From the NCBI GenBank assembly GCA_017937845.1, contig JAGBCV010000018.1, positions 23,503-87,502 of the forward strand: a DNA stretch of 64,000 nt. Reading direction: 5' to 3'. Below, piece after piece: positions 8,770 through 17,426 of this stretch. Below the pieces are notes generated by a model. That model saw only the letters and a program-made list of their open reading frames with translations, did no database searches and had not been told where the DNA came from. Within the stretch, counting starts at the first letter, position 1. Every line of letters begins with the position of its first letter. The position numbers were made by a program, and so were the translations under genes. This DNA is from Clostridia bacterium. Its GTDB lineage: Bacteria > Bacillota > Clostridia > Oscillospirales > CAG-272.

Positions 8770-10493
8770 GCTTCCACCTCCTCTTTGGGAAATTGAGAAT
8801 AATAGATTTCGCTGTATATCTCACAGGTATCGAGAAGTCTTGTGTGACTGCCGATGCCAACGATCTTACCGTCGTCAAGAACGATGATCTTATCCGCATG
8901 GGTGATGGACGCCGCACGCTGAGAAACGATGAAAACGGTGTGGTCGCCTTCCATTTCGCGGACAGCGGTGCGGAGCTTCGCGTCGGTTGCATAGTCAAGC
9001 GCGGAGGTGCTGTCATCGAAGATGATGATATCGGGGTCGGCAACGAGCGTACGCGCCATGCCCAGACGCTGACGCTGACCGCCCGAAAGATTCTTACCGC
9101 CTTGCTCGATGACGTGGTCAAGACCGCCCTCCTTGCCCTCTACGATGTCACGCGCCTGCGCGATATCGATGGCGCGCCAAAGCTCCTCGTCTGTCGCGTC
9201 GGGCTTGCCCCAGAGGAGGTTTTCACGAATCGTACCCTTGAAAAGGACTGCCTTTTGCATGACGACACCGACTTTTTTACGGAGATCGTCCTCGGAATAC
9301 GCGCGAATATCCACGCCGTCAAGACGGATCTCTCCCTTTGTTGCATCGTAAAAACGAGGGATCAGATGCACAAGCGAGGTCTTGCCCGAGCCCGTACCGC
9401 CGATGATACCGATGGTCTCACCCTTGTCAACGGTGAAATCCAAGTCCGAAAGGGATTCATCGGATGCGCCTGCGTATGTAAAGGATACGTTTTTGAACGT
9501 AACGGCGTGATGATCTTTTTTTGCGGTGTCGGTCGAGCTTTCATGACCTTTTCCACCGTTTTCGAGCATCTGCTGGATGCGCCCGCCAGAGGCTGCCGCC
9601 TTTGTCATCGTGATGATGAGGTTTGCGAGCTTGACGAGCTCAACGAGGATCTGGGACATATAGTTATAAAGCGCGATGACCGCACCCTGTGTCAAAATAC
9701 CCGTTTCGACCTGCATCGCACCGACTTGAATGAGCGCGATGATGGCGATGTTGACGATGAGATAGGTGATGGGGTTCATGAGCGCAGAGATCTTACCCGC
9801 GACCTTTTGCGCGACGTTGAGCGCAGAGGTCGAAGCCTCAAAGCTTGCGATTTCGGTCTCTTCGTTTGCAAAAGCGCGGATCACACGAGTACCTGCAAGG
9901 TTTTCTCTCGTGATGCCGAGAACCTTATCGAGTGCGCCCTGTACCTTCTTGTAAAGCGGAATACTGCCAAGCATGATACCGAAAACCACAACGCAAAGAA
10001 GCGGAATGGCAACGGCAAAGACGAGCGCGGCTTTCACGTCGATGGTGAACGCCATGATCATCGAACCGAAGACGATGACGGGCGAGCGGGAAAACAGACG
10101 GAGCGTGAGATTCACACCCGATTGTACTTGGGTGACGTCGTTTGTCATGCGTGTGATCATCGTGGACGTACCAAGACGATCGATTTCCGTAAAGGAAAGC
10201 GTTTGTGCATGACCAAAGAGCGCGGAGCGGATATTTGCGGAAAAACCGACGGCGGCGCGTGCGGCAAAATACTGCGCGCAAAGCGTACAGGAAAAGCCGA
10301 TAAGTCCAAGAAGCACCATGAGCCCCACCATTTTGACGATGTAGGGCTTGTCTGCGTTTGCGATACCCACGTCGATGATGCTTTTGACAACGAGGGGGAT
10401 CATGAGTTCAAAAAGGGCTTCGAGTATCTTGAAAAACGGTGCCGAAATGGCAGGAAATCGATAGCCTTTCATGAGTCTTAAAAGCTTAATCAA
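8766..10493 (-). CDS. ABC exporter, fused permease/ATPase subunit (partner of 7021..8769)
   Basis: 575 aa with Walker A GGTGSGKTS, signature LSGGQRQR and Walker B IIIFDDSTS. The 4-nt ATGA overlap with the downstream gene implies a heterodimeric pair. Confidence 0.9.
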   Translation of the reverse strand: MIKLLRLMKGYRFPAISAPFFKILEALFELMIPLVVKSIIDVGIANADKPYIVKMVGLMVLLGLIGFSCTLCAQYFAARAAVGFSANIRSALFGHAQTLSFTEIDRLGTSTMITRMTNDVTQVQSGVNLTLRLFSRSPVIVFGSMIMAFTIDVKAALVFAVAIPLLCVVVFGIMLGSIPLYKKVQGALDKVLGITRENLAGTRVIRAFANEETEIASFEASTSALNVAQKVAGKISALMNPITYLIVNIAIIALIQVGAMQVETGILTQGAVIALYNYMSQILVELVKLANLIITMTKAAASGGRIQQMLENGGKGHESSTDTAKKDHHAVTFKNVSFTYAGASDESLSDLDFTVDKGETIGIIGGTGSGKTSLVHLIPRFYDATKGEIRLDGVDIRAYSEDDLRKKVGVVMQKAVLFKGTIRENLLWGKPDATDEELWRAIDIAQARDIVEGKEGGLDHVIEQGGKNLSGGQRQRLGMARTLVADPDIIIFDDSTSALDYATDAKLRTAVREMEGDHTVFIVSQRAASITHADKIIVLDDGKIVGIGSHTRLLDTCEIYSEIYYSQFPKEEVEA

Positions 10494-11187
10494 AAGAAGT
10501 TACCTCCTTGTGTTGTTTTTTGTTGTTATAAGGACAAGCGCGCATGCAAAGTCCGCAGACTGCACCTCTGCCGATGTCTTTATACGTTTTCATATGCTCG
10601 GAGCAGCGTTTGGCATCGAGGATCGTCGCGCGCGGTGCGCCGTATTCATAGAGCTTACCCGTGATAGCCCCTGCGGGACAAGCGTTTTTGCAAATTTCGC
10701 AGGAACCGCATTTCGGCTCTTGTACGGGCTTTTCCGCTACGAGCGGCATATCTGTGAGAATCGTGGCAAGGCGAACCTTGGAGCCAAATTCGGGCGTGAT
10801 AAAAAGTGCATTTTTGCCGATGAAGCCAAGCCCTGCAAGAACAGCCGCGGTCTTATGAGAAAAGACACCGCGATAGTCTTCTTTATCCGTTGGCGTGCTT
10901 TGCGAGGCGGCGACGGGAAGCGCCGAGTAGCCTTTCGATTCGATGAAGTCTACCGCATCGAGTGCGAGCAGGTCGAGCTTGGTGTTTGTCGTGCGGTAAT
11001 GATGAAAATACATGATGGACGGACGGCCGTTTATCGTTTCCACGATGGTGTCGGAAAGACGGCGAACGATGGTGACGGCGTACCGCAAATGGGGAAATTC
11101 GGGCGATGCTTTCTTACCGAGGTCGGAAAAACCGACGAGAGAAGCACCCTTTTCGCTTAAAAGCGCGTGAAGTTCTGTTTCAAACAT
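10486..11187 (-). CDS. QueG-like 4Fe-4S dicluster protein
   Basis: Two CxxCxxCxxxCP-type motifs (CGSCEICKNACP, CGLCMRACP) and a HKTAAVLAGLGFIGKNAL motif like epoxyqueuosine reductase. I chose the start at 11187 (GGAGGA RBS) over the track's 11247. Confidence 0.6.
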   Translation of the reverse strand: MFETELHALLSEKGASLVGFSDLGKKASPEFPHLRYAVTIVRRLSDTIVETINGRPSIMYFHHYRTTNTKLDLLALDAVDFIESKGYSALPVAASQSTPTDKEDYRGVFSHKTAAVLAGLGFIGKNALFITPEFGSKVRLATILTDMPLVAEKPVQEPKCGSCEICKNACPAGAITGKLYEYGAPRATILDAKRCSEHMKTYKDIGRGAVCGLCMRACPYNNKKQHKEVTSFD

Positions 11188-11396
11188 GATGTCCTCCGTT
11201 TGAGATTCAATTATATACAGTATAACATAATCAAAAAGGGATAGCAAGGGGAGAGGTGGATTTGCAAAAAATTTTTCTATCTGAAATGTTTAAGTTTCAC
11301 TTAAGATTTGAAAAAATGGCTTTACTTGTATGTGCTTGTGTGTTAAACTGGTGAAAACAAATTTGAATATAACTGATTTTGCAAAGGAGATTTTTT

Positions 11397-12206
11397 GTGA
11401 GAGATATTTTTTATACGTTCTTTTCAACAACAAAGGTCGAATATACCATTGAAGTCTTTTCCGTGTGGCATTTTTTATATATCATTTTGATTCTTTGCGG
11501 AACGATTGGCGCAGCAATAGCGCTGATTGGAAAAACGCGTGAGCAGAAAGACCGTATTCTTCGTAGATTGGCTTTTTTGATCCCTGTATGCTATATTCTG
11601 GATTTTTTTATCATGCCACTTGCAAGCTCGGATTTTTCCATCGACGTAGACAAACTTCCGTTCCACATTTGCACCTTACTTGGAATCCTCATTCCGTTTG
11701 TCCAGTTTCATCATAAATTGGAAAAATACAAAGATGTTATCGTTTGCCTTGCAGTGGTAGCATCTTTGATGTATATTACATATCCCGGATCTGCGATTGG
11801 AGATATCTTACCTTGGTCTTATAAGGTCGTTCAGACTTTTCTTTATCACGGCTTGCTTTTTGCGTGGGGCGTTCTCAGTCTTACAACGGGAAGCGTAGTG
11901 CTTTCGCATAAAAAACTTTGGAAAGAACTTGTTTTTTTGATCGGTATGACGCTCTGGGCATCCTTGGGCAATACGTTGTATTCTCACGAGGAGCATGTGT
12001 TTGATTGGTTTTTTGTCAATGGTGTTACCTTTCCGTTTGTTCCGAAAACTTTGATGCCGTTTGCCGTTATTGCGGCAGTCTTTGCGATGTGCGCGATCGT
12101 TTGTGCTATCTATGAAAGTGCAGCAAAACATATCAAAAATAGCGGTTGCACGCCCAAGTATGCCGAGTCCAAAAACAGAAAAACTTCCAAATCACTTGTA
12201 AAATAA
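11397..12206 (+). CDS. polytopic membrane protein (YwaF/TMEM164-like)
   Basis: Multi-TM protein with an LPFHICTL motif. The GTG at 11397 lies 6 nt after AGGAGA and is in frame with the track's TTG at 11379. Confidence 0.55.
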   Translation: MRDIFYTFFSTTKVEYTIEVFSVWHFLYIILILCGTIGAAIALIGKTREQKDRILRRLAFLIPVCYILDFFIMPLASSDFSIDVDKLPFHICTLLGILIPFVQFHHKLEKYKDVIVCLAVVASLMYITYPGSAIGDILPWSYKVVQTFLYHGLLFAWGVLSLTTGSVVLSHKKLWKELVFLIGMTLWASLGNTLYSHEEHVFDWFFVNGVTFPFVPKTLMPFAVIAAVFAMCAIVCAIYESAAKHIKNSGCTPKYAESKNRKTSKSLVK

Positions 12207-12256
12207 TGTATTTTATGGTAAAATGATAATAGACAAAGTGCGGAGGTGATAACCGA

Positions 12257-12646
12257 ATGAAAAAATTCTATTTGGAACATAAAAAAGAGATCGCTTTTTT
12301 TGCTGTATCTTTGTATGCGCTTGCTGTTGTTACTTTGATTTTGAGCGTTGTATTTCATGGCTTTACGATGTTTGAACTTCACTTGTTCGGATTTTTGTAT
12401 CTTTTTTTGCAGCTTTTTCTGTGCTATAAAGCGCGAAATTTGATATGGAAATTTGTTCTTATCTTTCCGATTTTTCCTTTTCTTGCGCTTGCGTTGCTTG
12501 GCTATATGGAAGGCAGTATGGGTTGGGGCATCGTGATGATTTTTGCAATCGTGATGGCGAGTATTTGCGCTTTTGCAGTTGCCCTTGCATGGCTCATTTA
12601 TTTTATTTCCCGAAAGATTATGAGAGCAAAGGTGATAACCGAATGA
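12257..12646 (+). CDS. small 4-TM membrane protein, paralog 1
   Basis: 129 aa, MKKFYLEHKKEIAFF... A GGAGGTGA RBS precedes it. Its stop overlaps the next start (ATGA). Confidence 0.65.
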   Translation: MKKFYLEHKKEIAFFAVSLYALAVVTLILSVVFHGFTMFELHLFGFLYLFLQLFLCYKARNLIWKFVLIFPIFPFLALALLGYMEGSMGWGIVMIFAIVMASICAFAVALAWLIYFISRKIMRAKVITE

Positions 12647-13041
12647 AAAATTTCTATTTGAAACATAAATCCATCATGGATATCCTTTTGACCTATCTTG
12701 CGCTCTGCGCCATCGTTGCGCTTGGTCTGCTCGTTTGGGTCTTGACTGAGGGCGCGGAGGTTATGGCTTTTTATCTGATCGGCGCCGTTTTCGGACTCAT
12801 TCAGCTTCCGTTTTGCTTCAAGCCGAAAAAGGTTTCGGTAAAGCTCATTCCCGTATATCTGATCTTTGCGGTCTTGATTTTTGCTTTGCTCAATTATTGG
12901 GACGGCGGACTTGGCGGAGAGCTTGCCGCGCTCATTTTGGCGATCGGCGCGTTGATTCTTGCCATCGGCGCTATCGTTGCATGGCTGACCTTTGCCATCG
13001 TTCATCTGCGGAAGAAAAAGACGGAAAAAACTGAAATTTAA
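12643..13041 (+). CDS. small 4-TM membrane protein, paralog 2
   Basis: MKNFYLKHKSIMDIL... The start at 12643 follows the same 20-nt GGTGATAACCGAATGAAAAA string found at 12245. The track's 12445 start is an overlapping extension. Confidence 0.65.
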   Translation: MKNFYLKHKSIMDILLTYLALCAIVALGLLVWVLTEGAEVMAFYLIGAVFGLIQLPFCFKPKKVSVKLIPVYLIFAVLIFALLNYWDGGLGGELAALILAIGALILAIGAIVAWLTFAIVHLRKKKTEKTEI

Positions 13042-13048
13042 TGTATCG

Positions 13049-13076
13049 GGGAGGCGAAAGCCTCCCGTCATTTTTT
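13049..13076 (+). terminator. intrinsic terminator
   Basis: GGGAGGC gaaa GCCTCCC stem-loop with a GNRA loop, followed by TTTTTT. Confidence 0.8.
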
Positions 13077-13085
13077 ATCTTCCAC

Positions 13086-13114
13086 TTGACACAAACGGGA
13101 TAAATTGATATAAT
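13086..13114 (+). promoter_or_regulatory. consensus sigma-A promoter
   Basis: TTGACA (13086-13091), 17 nt, TATAAT (13109-13114). Confidence 0.75.
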
Positions 13115-13158
13115 AAATACGTTATGCTATCAAAAACCAGAAAATAAAGAGGTTACAT

Positions 13159-14115
13159 ATGAAACATATTTTCGTTATCAACCCCGCGGCAGGCAAGGGA
13201 AAAAAGCTCCCCGCCGTTCTTTCTGCCATCACCTATGCTTGCGAAGAGCTGGAAGTGGATTTTGAAATCTATCACACCCGTACCGTCGGTGACGGTATTC
13301 GTTTCGTTTCCGAAACCTGTAAACAATATCCCGATATGATGAAGCGCTTTTATGCTTGCGGCGGCGACGGCACGCTTTTTGAAGTGCTGAACGGTGCTGT
13401 CGGTCACGAAAACACCGAGATCAGCGTGATCCCGCTCGGAACAGGCAACGACTTCACAAAAGCCTTTACGAATCCCGAGTATTTCAAGGATATCAAGCGT
13501 CAGATCCTCGGCAAGGCAGAGCGCATCGATCTCATGAAATACAACAACCGTTACAGCATCAACGTCATCAATATCGGCTTTGATTGCGACGTGGTACAGC
13601 GCGTTTCCGAAATCAAGCGAAGCGCCGTCGTACCGTCCAAGATGGCGTATGCCATGGGCGTTGCCGATCTTTTCATGAAGCCGTTCGGCAAAAATTTCAA
13701 GGTTCTCATCGATGACAGAGAGCTTGTGGAGCGCGAATTTATGCTCTGCGCGATTGCAAACTCACATTATTACGGCGACGGCTATCACGTTGCGCCGAAT
13801 GCGTATCTCAACGACGGTCTGATGGACCTTTGCCTTGTTGACCGCGTTTCCCGTAAGGACTTTATCCGCGTGATTCCGAAATATAAGGCGGGTCAGCATG
13901 TCGATGCCGAGGATCATAGCCTCTATCCGTTCGTGCGTTATCAGAAATGCAAAAAGATCGTGATCGAGTCGAAACAGTCCATCGGGCTTTGCGCGGATGG
14001 CGAAATCTCTCCGTTCAAGTCGATCGAGATCACTTGTATCCCGAAAGCGATCGCGTTTTCTGCTCCGAAAGGCTCCGTTTGCATCGCGCTGATGAAGGAA
14101 GAAGCGAACGCTTGA
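13159..14115 (+). CDS. diacylglycerol/lipid kinase family protein (DagK/YegS type)
   Basis: HIFVINPAAGKGK, GGDGTLFEVLNG and IPLGTGNDF motifs. Confidence 0.85.
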   Translation: MKHIFVINPAAGKGKKLPAVLSAITYACEELEVDFEIYHTRTVGDGIRFVSETCKQYPDMMKRFYACGGDGTLFEVLNGAVGHENTEISVIPLGTGNDFTKAFTNPEYFKDIKRQILGKAERIDLMKYNNRYSINVINIGFDCDVVQRVSEIKRSAVVPSKMAYAMGVADLFMKPFGKNFKVLIDDRELVEREFMLCAIANSHYYGDGYHVAPNAYLNDGLMDLCLVDRVSRKDFIRVIPKYKAGQHVDAEDHSLYPFVRYQKCKKIVIESKQSIGLCADGEISPFKSIEITCIPKAIAFSAPKGSVCIALMKEEANA

Positions 14116-14142
14116 AAATTTTTCAAAAAATTTCATTTTTTG

Positions 14143-14172
14143 TGAGACTTTTTTGAAAAAAATCCGACTATA
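14143..14172 (+). promoter_or_regulatory. ECF-type promoter-like motif, copy 1
   Basis: TGAGAC (14143-14148), 16 nt, CGACTATA (14165-14172), 49 nt upstream of the 14221 start codon. It shares TTTTTGTGAnAC ... TCCGACTATAT with the copy at 20088. Confidence 0.45.
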
Positions 14173-14220
14173 TTGTTGAGATTTCAAAATGACTCAATGA
14201 AAGGAATACTTTGAATTTTT

Positions 14221-16416
14221 ATGAAATGGAAAACAAGGCTTTTGCCTATCTTCTCTTTTGACCGCATCGTTCGCCGCGCCGTCGCGTCGTGGTTTATGAT
14301 GGCGCTCGTCGTGCTTTTGATGCGTGACGGCGATTTTTCCGCCACAGCGTATCTGAAGGATATGACTTGGGATCTGCCCATTTGCGCGTTTCTCGGCTTC
14401 TTTCTTTTGATCTCCGCGCTTTCGGCGCTCCTTCCCACCAAGCGCACCGATAGCTTTGCGATGCTCGCGGGGCTTGTCGCGGTGTCCTCCATGTGGCTTT
14501 CAAGGCTCATGATGACCGTGGAAGAAAAATGGCTCTTTTGCTTCGTTCTCGTCGGCGTTTTTGCGCTTGTTTTGTGGGATTTCGTTTCGCAAAATGATGA
14601 TATTTTAACGTCCTTGTCGCTTCCGTCCGCGGTCGCGCCTTGGATGGCTGTCGCCTGCGGCGTCGTTTGCGCGGCGGTCATTGCGATCACCACCTGCTTC
14701 CGCTATCTCACCTTCGCAAGCCCCACCTATGATTTCGGTATCTTCATTCAGATGTTCCATAATATGGCGGAAAGCTTTGAACCCATTACGACCTGTGAGC
14801 GTGATAAGGTGCTTTCCCATTTTGCGGTGCATCTTTCTCCTATTTATTATTTGCTTTTGCCGTTTTATTGGCTTTTCCCCTCGGCTTTGACGCTTCAGAT
14901 CGGACAGGCTGTCGTCGTGGCGAGCGGTATCATTCCGTTCTATCTGTTGATGAAAAAATACGGCTTTTCCGCAAAGGCGCGTGTCGTGTTTTCCGTTTTG
15001 TATATGCTCATTCCCTCCGTCAGCAAGGGTTGCTTCTTTGACCTGCATGAAAATTGCTTCCTTTTCCCCTTGCTTCTTTGGATATTCTGGGCATATGAAG
15101 CAGAAAAATTGCCTCTTCTTGCGTTTTTCACCGCGCTTTGCTGTCTGGTCAAGGAGGATTCCGCCGTTTACGTTACGATTTTTGCTTTGTATTGCTTGAT
15201 TTCCGGCACGACCAAAAAGCGTAAGCTTATGGGCGCGGGCATGGCGCTCTATGCGATTTTGTATTTTATCTTCGCCGTTTGGTATATCGATACGTTTGGC
15301 GAGGGCATTATGAGCGGACGATACGACAACGTCAGCTCGGACGGCTCTCTTGTGGGCGTTATCTTTACGGCGTTTGCCAACCCAGGCTTCTTCTTCCAGG
15401 AGATTTTGACGCGCGGTTGGGAATCTGTCAAGTATATTTTGGCGCTTCTCGTGCCGCTTGGCTTTTTGCCCTTGGCAACGGGGAAATTTTCCCGTTGGAT
15501 TCTGCTGATCCCGATGCTTTTGAATCTTCTCACGGATTATCCCTATCAGCTTGAACTCATTTATCAGTATCATTTCGGCATTACCGCCTTTTTGCTCCTG
15601 CTCACCTTGATGAACTGGAGAGATCTGACGGGTCAAAAACGCCGTTATATGATGCTTGTCGCGCTTGCGGCTTCGTTCGTTTTCTATTCGTATCTGATCA
15701 TTCCCGAGGTGGGCGGACGTGTACGAAATTACACGGCAGACAAGGAAAACTTTGAAATTTTAGAGGATACGCTCGATATCATTCCCGAGGACGCATCTGT
15801 CAATGCAGGCACGTTCCTGCTTCCGCATTTGGCGCAGAGATGGGAGGCGTATGACGTCGGTTATCATCCCTATGCGGATACGGATTTTGTCATACTGGAT
15901 ATTCGTGGCGGATACGATAACCGTAGCTTGGAGCTTCGCTCGAAATGCTGGGCAAACGGTTATAGCTGTCTTGCGGAAACGAAGCAGGTCGCCATCTACG
16001 TTTCTCCCGATTGGGAGGGCGATTTCCTCGCACTTTCGGAAGCGCTCAGCCGTGTGGAGGGAATCTCCCATTCTGCGGCGCATGTCATGACGGAGCAGAT
16101 CCTTTCCGTCATTCCGAAAGACGCATCTGTCAATACGATGCTCCCTCTTACTTCGTATTTCGCGGAAAACGAAACGCTGTATTTGATCAGCGAACACAAA
16201 ACGGCAGACACCGATTTCGTGGTTTTTGATCTCCGTGGTAGCTATAACGATGAATCGTGGGCGATGATGGAGCAGTGCGTCATGGGCGGCTATGAATGTC
16301 TGATCGAAAATGAATACGTCGGCATTTTTGTCAGCCCCGATTGGAACGGCGATTTTCTCACCTTGAAAAATAAACTCATAGAAATGGGCTATATTCAGAT
16401 ATTGCCCGCCGAATAA
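14221..16416 (+). CDS. DUF2079-like polytopic membrane protein with a duplicated C-terminal extracytoplasmic domain
   Basis: 731 aa. PTYDFGIFIQMFHN and HFAVHLSPIYYLLLPFYWLFP motifs resemble DUF2079. Two ~100-aa C-terminal repeats share IPxDASVN...ADTDFVxxDxRG...VSPDWxGDFL. Confidence 0.7.
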   Translation: MKWKTRLLPIFSFDRIVRRAVASWFMMALVVLLMRDGDFSATAYLKDMTWDLPICAFLGFFLLISALSALLPTKRTDSFAMLAGLVAVSSMWLSRLMMTVEEKWLFCFVLVGVFALVLWDFVSQNDDILTSLSLPSAVAPWMAVACGVVCAAVIAITTCFRYLTFASPTYDFGIFIQMFHNMAESFEPITTCERDKVLSHFAVHLSPIYYLLLPFYWLFPSALTLQIGQAVVVASGIIPFYLLMKKYGFSAKARVVFSVLYMLIPSVSKGCFFDLHENCFLFPLLLWIFWAYEAEKLPLLAFFTALCCLVKEDSAVYVTIFALYCLISGTTKKRKLMGAGMALYAILYFIFAVWYIDTFGEGIMSGRYDNVSSDGSLVGVIFTAFANPGFFFQEILTRGWESVKYILALLVPLGFLPLATGKFSRWILLIPMLLNLLTDYPYQLELIYQYHFGITAFLLLLTLMNWRDLTGQKRRYMMLVALAASFVFYSYLIIPEVGGRVRNYTADKENFEILEDTLDIIPEDASVNAGTFLLPHLAQRWEAYDVGYHPYADTDFVILDIRGGYDNRSLELRSKCWANGYSCLAETKQVAIYVSPDWEGDFLALSEALSRVEGISHSAAHVMTEQILSVIPKDASVNTMLPLTSYFAENETLYLISEHKTADTDFVVFDLRGSYNDESWAMMEQCVMGGYECLIENEYVGIFVSPDWNGDFLTLKNKLIEMGYIQILPAE

Positions 16417-16423
16417 GTCTTGA

Positions 16424-16460
16424 TAAAAAAATCCGTACACGGCAGTGTACGGATTTTTTA
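16424..16460. terminator. bidirectional intrinsic terminator
   Basis: ATCCGTACAC ggca GTGTACGGAT flanked by an A-run and a T-run, between convergent genes. Confidence 0.85.
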
Positions 16461-16469
16461 TGTCAGGGT

Positions 16470-17243
16470 TTAATCGACCATATCCTTGATTTTCAAAAGC
16501 AGATCGAGAATTTCGAGATAAAGCCAAACGATGGTGATGATGAGCGAAAAGGACGCGAGCCACTCGAACGACTGGGGAAGTCTTGCTTCAACGGTTCTTT
16601 CGATATCGTTGAAGTCAACGAGAAGAAAGAGGGAAGCAAGGATGATCTCAATGACGGAGACGAGAATGGCAATGACGGGATTTGTGAGGAAAAGCACCGT
16701 TGCGATTCTGGTCGCGGGGATAAAGAAGCAAACGACCAAGATAAGACTGCCGATGATGGAAGCAAGCAGAGCGGTATACAGTACCTTTCTGAAATTATCC
16801 GTGACCTTCACGATACCCGAAAAATAAACGAACATCATCGCAAGCACGATGGCAAGCGTCAGCACGATGGCGAGATAATAGATGCTGCTGTATTCGGGAA
16901 TGAGAACGCCCGTGAAAGCGGTGGCGTATCCCATCGCAAGCGAGCTGAGCGTACCCGTGACGGGAGTCGTTTTGGGGGAGATACCGGCAACGATACCGCA
17001 AACGAGCATCAAAACAAGCGAGACGCCGTAAAGCACGAAGAGAAGCGTGGACGAGGTGAGAAAAGAATTGGCAAGCGTAAAGGCAAGTGCCGCGCCGACG
17101 ATGACCATCAAAAGGAAATAGAGAGATTTTAGAAAAATGCCCTTATAGGTCGCGCAATCGCCCTCGTAAACGCCATCCATTTTTTTCATCTTGCGAATGA
17201 TGGGATTTGAAAATATCGATTTTTTAGAACTGAGTTTACTCAT
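16470..17243 (-). CDS. 7-TM membrane protein, Bax inhibitor-1/YccA-like
   Basis: I chose the start at 17243 (MSKLSSKKSIFSNPIIRK..., AAGGAG RBS). The SNPI N-terminus followed by about 7 hydrophobic helices resembles the BaxI_1 family. Confidence 0.5.
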   Translation of the reverse strand: MSKLSSKKSIFSNPIIRKMKKMDGVYEGDCATYKGIFLKSLYFLLMVIVGAALAFTLANSFLTSSTLLFVLYGVSLVLMLVCGIVAGISPKTTPVTGTLSSLAMGYATAFTGVLIPEYSSIYYLAIVLTLAIVLAMMFVYFSGIVKVTDNFRKVLYTALLASIIGSLILVVCFFIPATRIATVLFLTNPVIAILVSVIEIILASLFLLVDFNDIERTVEARLPQSFEWLASFSLIITIVWLYLEILDLLLKIKDMVD

Positions 17244-17346
17244 ATCAAAAGCTCCTTTCCATATGATAAGCTTAGTATACCACATTTCTGTGTGCAAGTC
17301 AAGGAAAAAGAAATGCTTCTTTTGCATAAAATCTATCGAAAAAATC

Positions 17347-17375
17347 TTGCATCATTCTTATATTTGTGTTATACT
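17347..17375 (+). promoter_or_regulatory. sigma-A promoter of valS
   Basis: TTGCAT (17347-17352), 17 nt, TATACT (17370-17375) with a TGt extended -10. The leader is only about 45 nt, too short for a T-box. Confidence 0.65.
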
Positions 17376-17426
17376 ATCATGTATAAACGATAAAAATACA
17401 ATCCGAAAAGAAAAGGACGATTTGAT

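Noticed and set aside
7840-10481. 318-aa and 562-aa plus-strand ORFs (7840..8796 and 8793..10481)
   Set aside because: They are antisense to the two ABC exporter genes, which carry complete Walker A, signature and Walker B motifs.
17244-17426. T-box leader expected upstream of valS
   Set aside because: The promoter at 17347..17375 leaves only a ~45-nt leader, which has no room for Stem I, a specifier loop or an antiterminator.
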